From positions 76,356,593 to 76,382,465 of the forward strand of contig JANKJI020000002.1 in the NCBI GenBank assembly GCA_024626585.2: a DNA stretch of 25,873 nucleotides, given 5' to 3'. Below the pieces are notes generated by a model. That model did no database searches. It was given only the letters and a program-made list of their open reading frames with translations, and had not been told where the DNA came from. Positions 10,945 through 22,659 of this stretch are shown piece by piece. Within the stretch, counting starts at the first letter, position 1; each line of letters opens with the position of its first letter. This DNA comes from Ginkgo biloba. Its lineage: Eukaryota; Plantae; Ginkgophyta. Position numbers and translations under genes: made by a program.

Positions 10945-11259
10945 TGATAAATTTGCATAATAAAGACAGGAATAAACATTCAAATACAAATCTAAATTTG
11001 CACAATACAAATTCAATAATTGAGTCACATATAATAAAAATACAACTGCTTTATTCATACAAGGAGCTATCTTACATACTGCAAAATAGCTCCTAAGACT
11101 TGCTCTATNNNNNNNNNNNNNNNNNNNNNNNNNNNNNNNNNNNNNNNNNNNNNNNNNNNNNNNNCTATATTGTCACTCTTCACATTCAATCCAATGACCA
11201 TTCATTTCATATTTCTCATTACACTTAATATCATAATGATATTAAACTTACCTCCAACA
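10945..11259 (-). repeat. 5' LTR (~315 bp including a gap)
   Basis: Minus strand starts TGTTGGAGG (11259) and ends TTATCA (10945) next to the PBS; flanked by a different element fragment from 11260. Confidence 0.75.
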
Positions 11260-11379
11260 TAGAGAATGCTGTAGAAACTTAAACTTATTTGACAATATAA
11301 TATCCATTGCTTTACATCTCATTGAGAAAGTATTAAAAATTCTAAATGATAAATCTAAGTTATAGACTTAGATCATTTA
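11260..11379 (+). repeat. Second copy of the integrase-core fragment at 7753-7872
   Basis: Near-identical aatatccattgctttacatctcattgagaaagtatt.aaaattctaaatgataaatctaa.ttatagacttagatcattta. Confidence 0.85.
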
Positions 11380-11479
11380 NNNNNNNNNNNNNNNNNNNNN
11401 NNNNNNNNNNNNNNNNNNNNNNNNNNNNNNNNNNNNNNNNNNNNNNNNNNNNNNNNNNNNNNNNNNNNNNNNNNNNNNN

Positions 11480-11810
11480 CTTCTTCTTCTTCTTTTCGCT
11501 CTTCCTGTTCCTCCTTCTTATTATTCTGAGTTATTTCCTTTCATATCTACTTTTCTTCTTGCCCTTTCTATTCTTTTATATTCGCCCCTTCTTGTCCTAT
11601 TGAGTTTGAGTTTGGAGTGACGTCATGCGTAGGCATTTTCTCGTCAATTCCATTAACTTTCTTCCTCCTCTTCATGTTGTTGGATATTATGACATCGTCT
11701 ATTCCTATTTTCTCAACCTATTTGACTTTTTCCAAATTATGATTTATGTTAGGATTAGGATTAGGATTAGGATTAGCACTAGCACTAGCAGTTATAGTTA
11801 CACTAGCACT
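11480..11810 (-). repeat. Diverged duplicate of 10120-10447 including the (GGATTA)n/(GCACTA)n hexamer array
   Basis: Colinear similarity (ttttcttcttgcccttt, ctattgagtttgagtt, gttgttggatattat, ttccaaattatgattt) with many substitutions. Confidence 0.85.
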
Positions 11811-12510
11811 TTCTCTAACATAGGATTAGTATATGAGAAATAAGACACATATACTACTTTCATCTCTATTAGACATACTCAAAAGCTTCCTCAATAGGGT
11901 TAAGGACTAGAATAGTAGGGTATATCATGAGGCACTAAATGAGCTAGTAAGGATTATTGAACTTTATGAACAAGACCTATGGGAGAAATTTGAGCAGGCC
12001 CTTAAGGCCTTAGCCAAAACAACTAAGTTGGATTCTAAGAATTTAGAATCAATATCTCTCTAATGAAATGGGAAGGAATTAGAATTGCCCTAATAGTGAG
12101 TTCTTTAATATATCAGGAGCTCCACCTCTCAACACTCCCACCTCAAAAATCTCATCCCCTACTAGTGTTGTTTTATCAACTAATAGAGATTCTATATCAA
12201 TTCTAAGACAAGGGTATAGAAGAAGGCCTCTCAGATTTTAAAACTATAAAAAATCAAAGGGAGTGAGGCAATTAGAAAGCCCTTAATTTTTAAGGGATAA
12301 TTCTCTTGATGATGAGCTTCCTAATGGGATATCTCTCGAGGATGTGGAGATCCCTTTAGGGACTATGCCTTATCCATCAAGAAGCATCCATTGTCAATAC
12401 CAAGGATGGATAATTCTCAAATCTCCATACACAACTATCAATGGGATGTTCATCCCTCAAGAACTGTTAAAGTGGGATCGTGCATAAATTAAGGATGGAA
12501 CCAAAGAAAC

Positions 12511-14170
12511 TGTAATGACCATATATAATTTAATCCAATCTTGGACAATTTGCATCTTTTGGGTTGAGAGTGGAAAAGGTGGGTTCCACCCTGCTCTTAA
12601 CCATAGAACCAAAGAAAATAATGTATATTAAAAATAAAAGAAAAAAATCATATTAATGGAAGTGGAAAATTCCTTATGCCATACATCCATCCCTTTATTT
12701 TTCCTTCAATTCTAGCTTTACTTTTGTTGCTTACTATATTTGTATATTTCTTTTGCATCCTGACTCCACCCATGCATCAGTGGGGTCCACTCTTCTTCAT
12801 ATTATCTTCTCCCATTTTTGCATAGGATTATTTTGGATCATCTTTATCCACCTACATGTTGTAACCTCATCTTCTTTATTTATCTCCATGTGCTAGAGTT
12901 AGAACCTTGATAGTGCACTTCTAAATGCTAGTTCCATGCTATCACCTTCTTGTTGGGTGCCATGTCATCATTACATAGAGTATAGTGTGATGGACTAGTC
13001 TCAATCATAGATTGATTTGTTAGAATTAGTTGCATGAAATCCTATCCTTCAACAACTCCATCTCCTCAGTTTCCTCATAGTTGGAGGCTTCTTGATTTGT
13101 TCATACATGTCTTCTTTCATGATCTTGAGCAATGAAACTACCCTTTCCATTCCATTCACTCACCCTTATTTTGTCTATAGATATCATTAGTACAGAGTGA
13201 TTACATATACTAGGGATTCTATGTTGTCACACTAAGGACATTTAATCCCCACTCGATTGCCAAATATTTTAGGGAGAAAAACCCCTTATTGTACCTCATG
13301 ATTTGTAGGTGATTTGGAGTCCACATGGAGGTGGTAATTTCATATTATTATTGGATGCATGACTTGGAATTTCTTGAATCATACACTTCTTGATTTTTTA
13401 TGGATACTTATCATATTATGTGATAAGGATGCCTCTTATAGACTCCCTCCATTTATTTTGATAAAAAATAAGTATACGTAACACTTGTAGGATCATGGGG
13501 AGTGTTGATGGGAGTTTCTCACACACCTACAATGAAGTCAAAATTCAGGTGTTGCCACCTACACGTTTTAGTGTTCTTGCTAGATTTAGAACACAAGGTA
13601 CAAAAAACTTGAGTCATGTAACTCAGAGGAGGATGGGAGTCTTCAAACCTACAAGAGAGCTTATCAAGGTGGATATCAACAAGAAGCTTAAAGGGATGGG
13701 GATCATAGGTGTTAACATAGAATGAGAGTAGTAAAAAAATTGAAAAGGACAGGAAGGGAGGGCAGGGAGGATAATTTAACAAACTCATCGCTACTTAGGG
13801 AGAAAGTATTATACCAAGATATGCAAGAAGAAACTAATTCTTGAGCCATGCATACCTTAGGATTTGATGCATCCTAATCATAAGAGAGGGGAGGAAAGGC
13901 TGGAACATATTCAACCAATGGGTACATGTATTTGGGAGCCAAATATTCATGTGATAATCGAACCATTAATCACGACTATGTATTTAAACCAACAAAACAT
14001 GCTTAGAAATATGGAAAGCTTGCTAGGTAGTGAGAGATGACATCATAGATTATAGATTGCATTAATCACATCTCAAATATCTATGTGCCGTGAATCTCCT
14101 AGCCTGAGTGAAAGGATAGCTTCGTTCAACCTTTCTGCTCATGAACCTTTCGTAACACATCTACCAATGT
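12511..14170. mobile_element. Probable LTR / non-coding retrotransposon sequence
   Basis: Begins TGTAATGACC (LTR-like terminus); candidate ends cgtaaca at 13483 or 14157; no target-site duplication seen and no protein motif recognised. Confidence 0.3.
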
Positions 14171-14292
14171 AANNNNNNNNNNNNNNNNNNNNNNNNNNNN
14201 NNNNNNNNNNNNNNNNNNNNNNNNNNNNNNNNNNNNNNNNNNNNNNNNNNNNNNNNNNNNNNNNNNNNNNNNTAATGACATATTTTATATGT

Positions 14293-14304
14293 TAGTATCA
14301 GAGT
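14293..14304 (+). promoter_or_regulatory. Degenerate tRNA-iMet primer-binding site
   Basis: TAGTATCAGAGT versus TGGTATCAGAGC; both differences are transitions; lies upstream of gag-like relics. Confidence 0.55.
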
Positions 14305-16060
14305 TAAGTATTATAGTTAGTAAGAGAAGAAACACAATATTAGTCCCATTATTAAAGAGTCAAGTCAAATTGAATTCTTTATATTCTTAGAGTAGAAGAG
14401 ATATGCTCAAGTCATACTATGTAGCATAGGATAAGTTCTTATTATATTATCTAATCTCATTTAAAATATTATTAAGAAAATTTAAATATAAAAGGAAGGT
14501 TAAGTAATATGAGTTCTTAAGCTAGTTAATTTAGTTGGAAGCCATATATTAGAGAAAGAAATATCTAAATTATTAGTTGAGAGAAAATTGTCAAACTAAG
14601 ATTTTGAAAATATTAAATCTATAATTGGTTTATTTAGAGTCTAGATTGGTGACCAAGTAAGCTAAACCAAGATGAACATTCACCATACATAAAATATTAC
14701 ATTAAGTTCCTAAGTATAATTGATGAGGTAAGATGACTCCTTAGTGACCGAGATATGGATTGATATTCTAAGATTCATTTCCAAGGAAAAATAGGAATAT
14801 ACGTTAAAGGTGTAGAACCACCAAATAATATAGGATCAATATAATGAATGTCATATCAAGCATAAATCAAACAACGTAGGATCTAGGTTATTAACCTTAC
14901 TACTAATAAAAAGTAGATGATTATACAAGTAAGATTAGATAAGAATTAATTAAAAAATGATCCAATATAATACTATATATTATAATACATACCATATCTA
15001 TGAGAATATTTTAAAATAGATAAAATTTAATATATATTATCATATTCTTATCAAACTACCAAAAGTTATTGAAAAAAGAGTTGAATATGGGATGAGGTTA
15101 TTATATTACGCCTAGACATTATTCACCACCAAGAACCTTGATGCAACCACCCTAAATATTTCATTACATGATTCATATTTGAATATAGAACCTACATTGT
15201 CTTTATTTGCATATATTATCAAGTCATATTTCATATGAAATGGTATTGAACCCACTAGTAACCAAAAGGACATACCTGAAGGTAGGCGTAAATCCAAAGG
15301 GTAAGACACTATAGCTATCATAAAAGTGTAGAATAACTTAGATACAAACTAAATGTTCTTAATATTAGATGTTATTTAGAATAATAACATCAAATGTATT
15401 GATGGAATCCTTAAGAAATAAAAAATAATAGAGGAGCCAATGGTTCAATTGCACCATTATCAAAACATTCTATATTTTATGATTCAATTGACAAAGAGTC
15501 ATATTTGCATATATGAAAATATATCAAGAATGCATACATGTTTTATGACTAATGGTGCAGTTAAATGGTGATAGTTTATAAGAAACCTTCAAGGAACAAA
15601 CCATGACTATTACCCATAAAAGAATGATAGAAAACATTGAAAAAAAATAAATGTGATTGAAATCACCTACAAAGAGGCACATGCCTACTAGAGTCTTTGC
15701 AAATAGATTTTAATAAAATTTGTAACCTTAAATAGGAAATATATGTATATATTTATGACCATGATAGGATATTCAAGATGTTGATAAGAAAAATCCCCTA
15801 ATCTATATTATAAGAATAAAATATTGATTAGTTCATTTTCAAACTAACATCAATCATTTAAGCCTAAGTTAAATAAGGGGACTCAAAATCATACTAAGAA
15901 TAAATAAATAAGGAAGTACAAATGGAGGCTAAATATTATTAGACTAGGATATATTCCTTGGATATGACTTTAGAACTATCAAAGTCTCCTAACTTGGAGC
16001 TATAAGAGTTTATGAAGAAATATGATAGTAAAATGCCACATAAATAAGAAAATATATTTT
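14305..16060 (+). pseudogene. Highly degenerate Ty3/gypsy leader-gag-(protease) region
   Basis: IDG (about 15398), QWFN...KTFYI (about 15440) and FMTNGAVKW* (15542-15572) fit the gag P.FDG...W.....F...L.G.A..WW pattern; DIFLGYDF (about 15950) resembles the protease C-terminal D.ILG.DF. Confidence 0.4.
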
Positions 16061-16309
16061 ATTATGTAATGACCCTAATGGGTTACACTACCAAAGTATC
16101 ACTCTAATTGATATTAAATGAATAGATAAAGAATAAAATAAAAAATAAATGTATAATATAGCCAATATCCATGCCACAAATCCATAATATCAAAATATAG
16201 AATGAAGNNNNNNNNNNNNNNNNNNNNNNNNNNNNNNNNNNNNNNNNNNNNNNNNNNNNNNNNNNNNNNNNNNNNNNNNNNNNNNNNNNNNNNNNNNNNN
16301 NNNNNNNTA

Positions 16310-16546
16310 TGGATGTGTTTGTTAATAGTTCTCTTTATAACCTAATGGTTCATATATAATTTGAATGCATTACTTACGAGGTAATGCTTAAAGTTCTTTA
16401 GAGCATATATCATTCCAATCATTTTATAATTAGTTATTAAATAAGTCATCTCTTCTTTACTTAATTTTGTATTTATAAATGATATGGGATGGCCTATCTT
16501 ACCTTAACTAATATAACTAAGTATGGAATTAAGTATAGTAGCAAGG
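16310..16546 (-). pseudogene. Non-chromovirus Ty3/gypsy RNase H fragment
   Basis: GKIGHPISFINTKLSKEEMTYLITNYKMIGMIYALKNFKHYLVSNAFKLYMNH, cf. HPIYFASRKLS.AE.NY...E.E...MVYAL.KFRHYL....F....DH; homologous to 24804-25010. Confidence 0.85.
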
Positions 16547-16571
16547 NNNNNNNNNNNNNNNNNNNNNNNNN

Positions 16572-17480
16572 TCAATTCTAATATATATTTTGTTAACTCA
16601 CATAGAATCTATAGAGAATTTTTCTCCTTGGCTAATTCTTTCAACATGTTTGCCATTGTCAACAATGACTCTTCTATATTTTGCACTAGTGTTATTTATT
16701 TTCGTGCATGTTTTAGATATTTAAGATAAATTATCCTCAGGGATATTGGGACCCATTCCTTTTCTATCAATTACGATTTTTGGATCATATCTTTGACCTT
16801 CTTATATATTGCCTTTTGTTCTTTAAAATCAAGATATTCTAATTTTTTATTATCCTTTTCTTCTATTGTATACCTCCTTTTAGAAGTTATAGAAGTATCT
16901 TTTGGGGGCTTATTGTTATCACTAAATCATTTTATATGGAATTTAGTGGATAAATTAATCTCCTTATCCTAGTATAGTTTAGGGTTTAGTTCTATCCACA
17001 CATAATTGATTGAATTCACCTTCTCAAATAAGACTCAATATTCCTTAGTTTTGTAATTGCCCATGCTATAGACTTGGCATGAATTTACACTAGGCATAGA
17101 AAATAGATAGATTTCGGAGGTGTGATCCTACCCATTACACTTGTAATATTGTATTATCCAAATACCACTTACTTTTATTTTCATAGCTGCTCAATAGAAC
17201 TTTAATGACCTTACATTATCCTAGTTATTTTATGATATAATGTTAGATCCTCATTGGCAATTACCAACTTAGTTATTTATTATTATTTAATTTGAATTAA
17301 CCTAATATTTATTTTGGCTATTCTTATATATTTTATCTTCCCCTTAATAAGTGTTAGGATTCTTCTCTTTATAAAATTTTTAGTTAATTTTATTCTATAC
17401 GGCACTAGCCAAGTTATACACTCTCTATTATTATAACTAAGTTATAATAATTTTAATAATCATACCTCTTATAGTCCTTG
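16572..17480 (-). pseudogene. Possible gypsy protease / spacer relic
   Basis: Weak motifs GSNII (about 17250), MKIKVSGI (about 17180), HAKSIAW (about 17075) in the expected order upstream of the RNase H fragment. Confidence 0.3.
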
Positions 17481-18074
17481 TATGTAGTGACCCTAATAGA
17501 AGATCCATGATCCCTAAGTGGAAGACATATAATTATAGTAATATGTCAAAACCTTAGAGACATATGCTTCGAGGGTAAAACATGTTGGATATGTGTTGTA
17601 TACTTTCCATGTTTTACACCAATAAAGAAGTTNNNNNNNNNNNNNNNNNNNNNNNNNNNNNNNNNNNNNNNNNNNNNNNNNNNNNNNNNNNNNNNNNNNN
17701 NNNNNNNNNNNNNNNNNNNNNNNNNNNNNNNNTCGTGACATGTATTTATTATTCCTATATGAGACTTCAACACTACCTAACCCATAATATATTATTTATT
17801 ATGAGTCAATGTTCAAATACATAATATAAAAATTAATTAAAAGAATACAATACATTCTCCTATAACTACACTTTATAATAGACATACTACCACAACTAGT
17901 ATATTATGTAAGTGTGATACATTGACATATATAATATGCCATTAATAAAATAACCATAATAGATTATTAACTAGAAGAATGACAATGATATTACATATAA
18001 ATTTAGAGTAGAAACATATNNNNNNNNNNNNNNNNNNNNNNNNNNNNNNNNNNNNNNNNNNNNNNNNNNNNNNN

Positions 18075-20104
18075 TTTTTCTCTACTAGGTTTTGTGGGGG
18101 AATGCACATGAACCCTCAGAGATGAAGAGGGAATAATATTGGTAGTGGGGAATTTAATTATCATGTCCACCATAGTTATTTGATTTGATAGGCTTTAAAT
18201 TCTTGGCCATGGCCACTATAGAACCATTAGGCTCTATGCAAGGTGGCTATCAGATATCCATTTATCATGTTTCCCCTAGTACTNNNNNNNNNNNNNNNNN
18301 NNNNNNNNNNNNNNNNNNNNNNNAAGGTTTACCACAAGGTGATTCTAGTACTCATGCACCACCTATTTTTTCTTTATACCCTCATATGTATCTAATTTTT
18401 TTCCCAAAGGTAAAAGAATCCTAAAGCGCCTTGACAGAGTCATGGTTACAAATGATAATAAATTTTGAATATAAAGGGAGGAAGGGTGGCCTATGAAATT
18501 TGTTAGTCATGCCATGCTCTTTGACCATTNNNNNNNNNNNNNNNNNNNNNNNNNNNNNNNNNNNNNNNNNNNNNNNNNNNNNNNNNNNNNNNNNNNNNNN
18601 NNNNNNNNNNNNNNNNNNNNNNNNNNNNNNNNNNNNNNNNNNNNNNNNNNNNNNNNNNNNNNNNNNTCCAATAGGAGAGCACGACTGGATTCGATGGTGG
18701 AACCTTATAATTGTAAGAGTTGATCAATTTATGAGGGGATTTGGTAAGAACATCACCCATATCATAGGAAGAGATGAGCGAGTGATAAAAAAATAATTAG
18801 ATAATATCAAACATCAACTAGAATCCTCTCCCTTTGATAATGATTTTTAAATCATAGATGCTAAGATTTCTTAGGAGCTCAAGCTAGCGGAGGTAAGGAG
18901 GGCCAAAGGTGCCCAAATTAGAGCTAGGATGCACTACATTAAAGTAGGGGATAGGCCATCCAAGGAATTTTTTTGTGCCCTTAGAAAAAATAAGTCTTAG
19001 AGCAGATTAAATCCCTCAAGAGGGAATATTACAAGATCACTTCATATAAGAAAATTATTGCTACTTTCCAAGAGCATTATGCTACAGTGTTCAAGATGCA
19101 AGGTAAAGCTAACCAAAGGAGAGGAGCGATGAAAGAATGCCAATGGGTGGTCCCCCCAAAAATTAGAGAAGGCGCTCTATGAAGCTAGACTCACCATTGA
19201 AGAGCTCAAGGTCACCCTTGATAATATGGAAAATGAGAAATTACTAGGGCTAGACAGGTTTTCTTGTNNNNNNNNNNAGTTCTACAAGGCTACCTAGGAT
19301 TTCATTAACTCTCCCTTGCTTAATGTTTATAATAAATCTCTCTCTCAAGGGTCTCTAGGCAAAGTTATCAATAGATGAAATATCAAATTCATCCCCAAGG
19401 TGGGGGATCCTGAAGAAATCACAAGTTGGCAACCCATCACCTTGTTGAATGTCTCTTAGAAAATCTTGGCTTCATCCATATAAAAAAGGGTCAATTTTTT
19501 TCTCCCCTATATCATATGGCCAGAGAATAGACTAGATTTCTAAAAGGATGATACATCCTAGATAATATTATTGGAATCTAGGAAGGTATGGAATGGGCTG
19601 GGCAATCTGAGAAGGAGATTTTATTGATGAAGATTGACTTTGAGAAAGCCTACGACAAAGTTGAGTGGGACTTTATTCTCATGATGCTTAAGGCTCTTGG
19701 CTTTGGTCGAATGGTTTTTCAAATGGTCCAAACACTCCTTTCTAATATGTCTTCCTCCATATCCACTAATGGTACACTCTTTGAGCCCTTTAAATTAGAG
19801 CAATCGATTAGGTAGGTCTTCCCTTTGGCTCCCACCCTCTATGTTTTGGCCATAGATGCTTTGGGATGTCTCTTATCCAATAGAGTAGAAGAATGAATGA
19901 TAAGAGGTATCTCCCTCCCTCCTCTAATTGAGATGGAGATGATTAATGGCCACATTGTAGATGATTCATTTCTAATAATAGAAGCCTTAGAAGAGGTGAC
20001 TACTATGATGATGTAGTGTATGGCTATATTTTTTAATGCCTCAGGTTCTAACATATAGTGAGGAAAGACCTTGAGTTATTGGCAAGCCAAGCAAGATGTT
20101 CTTT
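18075..20104 (+). pseudogene. LINE (L1-like) ORF2: endonuclease plus reverse transcriptase, pseudogenised
   Basis: EN motifs: G(D)FN-like at about 18145, KRLDRVMV (18424), L(S>F)DH (about 18518). RT motifs: EKLLGLDRF..EFY, IKFIPKVGD..ITSWQPITLLNVS*KILA, FLKG*YILDNI, MKIDFEKAYDKVEWDF, SIR*VFPLAP, IVDDS (about 19955). Multiple stops and frameshifts. Confidence 0.93.
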
Positions 20105-20204
20105 NNNNNNNNNNNNNNNNNNNNNNNNNNNNNNNNNNNNNNNNNNNNNNNNNNNNNNNNNNNNNNNNNNNNNNNNNNNNNNNNNNNNNNNNNNNNNNNN
20201 NNNN

Positions 20205-21520
20205 AGTTGAATGACACTATCTTCATTGGCTACTTCTATGTCTTCCTCAGATATGTGGCGTCGGTTATCATTTTGCAAGAAGTCTTCACCTGAATTGGAG
20301 GTGGCTTCTTGGGTGATTTAAGATGACTTGAGGATTACATATATAGCATATTCTTTCACCATTAATTCTCTCAATCCAAACTCCTCCTCCTCTGTGAGCA
20401 TAGGACTTGAAGGTCGTTGAGTTTTTGGTTGTAGGTCTATGAACTCCTCTTGCCCCTACATGAACCTCAAGATCTTCTCATCATCATTAAACACTTGCTA
20501 ATGTTACATATTGTCAAGAATAGAGGGTCTCATAACCACCTCAATTAGGAAGTAGGAGAGAGTGTTGGATAGCCCCAATCTCATAAGGGAAGCGGTCACT
20601 TCCAAGGAGTCTGGAAGTAGGTTGTCTTCTTTAGGGGCATAGTTAATTGAGAAGGTTGCAAAGATGTCTAGAAGGTGCCAAACCCTATTTTGATAATACT
20701 TTATTTTGTATTGTTGACATTGTATAAGTCCCTTACCTAATTAATGACGAGCTCTAAATCACCCTTCACTCAGAGAAGGATTATTTTTATTTTTATGGCT
20801 TTCAGTACCTCGACCACCAAGGCTTCATATTCGGCCATGTTGTTGGTTCACTCAAGATTTAGCCTGTAAGAAGAAGTGTGCACTGACCTATTGGGATCCT
20901 AAAGAACAACACCAGCCCCAACTCCACTTTTTGATTTGGCCCCATCAAATCTCATGGTCCATAGTTGATCCTCATTTTGAGCTTTTGCATAATATTATTC
21001 CTCTTTAGCTGTGGACAAGCCATGGTCATACTCACTAAACACTGTGTATGTTCCTATGCTCTCTAGGAGTTATTTAGTGTGGGCCTTATGGTCCTCCCTA
21101 TCATGGATATGCTTCTTATACAAGCTACCTTCCCTAAGGAGATTGATAAGGTCTCTATGATGGAGAAAGGAAATGGTAACCATCCTAGACTTTATAAGTG
21201 CCCCTATGACATTGATCCATTCTCTTCCAAGAAGCATTCCATACACAGGGGGCATGTTGACAATTACCAGAGAAATGACTATAGATATATGGGAGTCTGC
21301 TTCCATATTGACCACCACATCATTCACCTCTCCCACTACAACCACTAATTTAGAGTCCACTCCTCTTACCACCTGATTAGTGTAAGCATACTATAGTCCT
21401 AATACCTTCATGAACATATAGGGCATTATGTTATGAGTGGCCCTTGTATCTACAATGTAATTTTAGAGGATAGATTCATGTACCCTCAAAGATATATAGA
21501 AGGGTGGGCTTTGGCTTTGA
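20205..21520 (-). pseudogene. Tat-clade Ty3/gypsy pol fragment: protease followed by archaeal-type RNase H
   Basis: Protease PPFYISLRVH...IVDTRATHNIMP (21510-21422) and YGMLLGREW (about 21243); aRH WTMRFDGAKSKSGVGAGVVL...YRLNLE*TNNMAEYEALV (20961-20815) and NLLPDSL (about 20620). Confidence 0.9.
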
Positions 21521-21530
21521 CTACAACATT

Positions 21531-22506
21531 GATAATTCTATATGTTATGGATAATTTCTTCTACTAATTTTGTCTTTCTTCCACATGCATAGTAATTTTT
21601 TTCCATCTTGTTCTAGCATAGGTTCCAACTTTCTCCCTAACCATTACTTCGGTTGGGGTAATCCATTAATGTTTCGATCGAAAGCTTAAGTTGGTGTTTG
21701 TATGAGTTTCCCTTTATCAACCAATATGAAATTTCAGCCAATCCCCTTTAGGATAACAATCATATTAAATTACCTTAGTTTGTAAGAACTATAGTCAATT
21801 TATCCAACTTGTCTTCCCTAAGACATTGATATGTATAAAGATGCATTTAGTCTTTGGTGACAATTAAGAGACTATGTTCCACTTCTTCACTTGTGAATTT
21901 ATGAAGTTGCTCGCAGTATTTTGTTGCAAATTTACACTCTCTTACCATGGTTCTATAACTTTGAGAAATATTCTATCAGTGTTTCTACTTTTCTATGCTT
22001 ATATTGGTATGTCTCCCATACTCTTTTATTTTGAATATTTCTACATATTAATGATCTTGCACTTAAGTTAGCAAATTCCTCCTTCCAAAATCAACCATTT
22101 ATTGGATATATGTTATGGATGTTTATCATATTATAGATACCTATGGGTAATTATAATCTACTTTGGTATGATAATTTAATATGACTCATCTTAATGGGGA
22201 TTTTTATTAAGTATTGTTGATTCCTTTAATCTCCTAAAGTGATTTCATAGGATCTTATCCTTACTTATCTAAAACTTCTCTAGACTTAGCCTTACTTTAT
22301 GATAATTAAATTTTTAATGCATAAGACTATGAGATTTCTTTTGATTGTCTCTTTTTTAGATTTTGATTTTTTACATGTATCTACTTTCTACCTATATATA
22401 ATTATAAACTATGTTCATTTCTAGAGTTTTGAAATAACTTAAGGCAATCTCCACTTACTTACCCTTCTAAAGGTTCATCATTCACTTTAGATAGGGATGT
22501 TAATAC
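21531..22506 (-). repeat. Integrase tail plus post-integrase blocks A and B, copy 3 (inverted)
   Basis: Reverse complement reads EPLEG*VSGDCLKLF (integrase end), then block A (matches 8391-8815 and 3075-3550), then block B (matches 5268-5570). Confidence 0.85.
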
Positions 22507-22659
22507 NNNNNNNNNNNNNNNNNNNNNNNNNNNNNNNNNNNNNNNNNNNNNNNNNNNNNNNNNNNNNNNNNNNNNNNNNNNNNNNNNNNNNNNNNNNNNN
22601 NNNNNNAATGTACCTTATAAAATACTCTATCATATATTTTTTAAAATGTGATAGAGATT

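Noticed and set aside
14293-16060. Endogenous caulimovirid (tRNA-Met site, A-rich strand, YSKIHFQGKIGIYVKG resembling a 30K movement-protein motif at about 14764)
   Set aside because: No caulimovirid RT/RNase H or coat-protein zinc knuckle found; downstream gag-like motifs fit a gypsy element better. An HMM search for viral movement protein would settle it.
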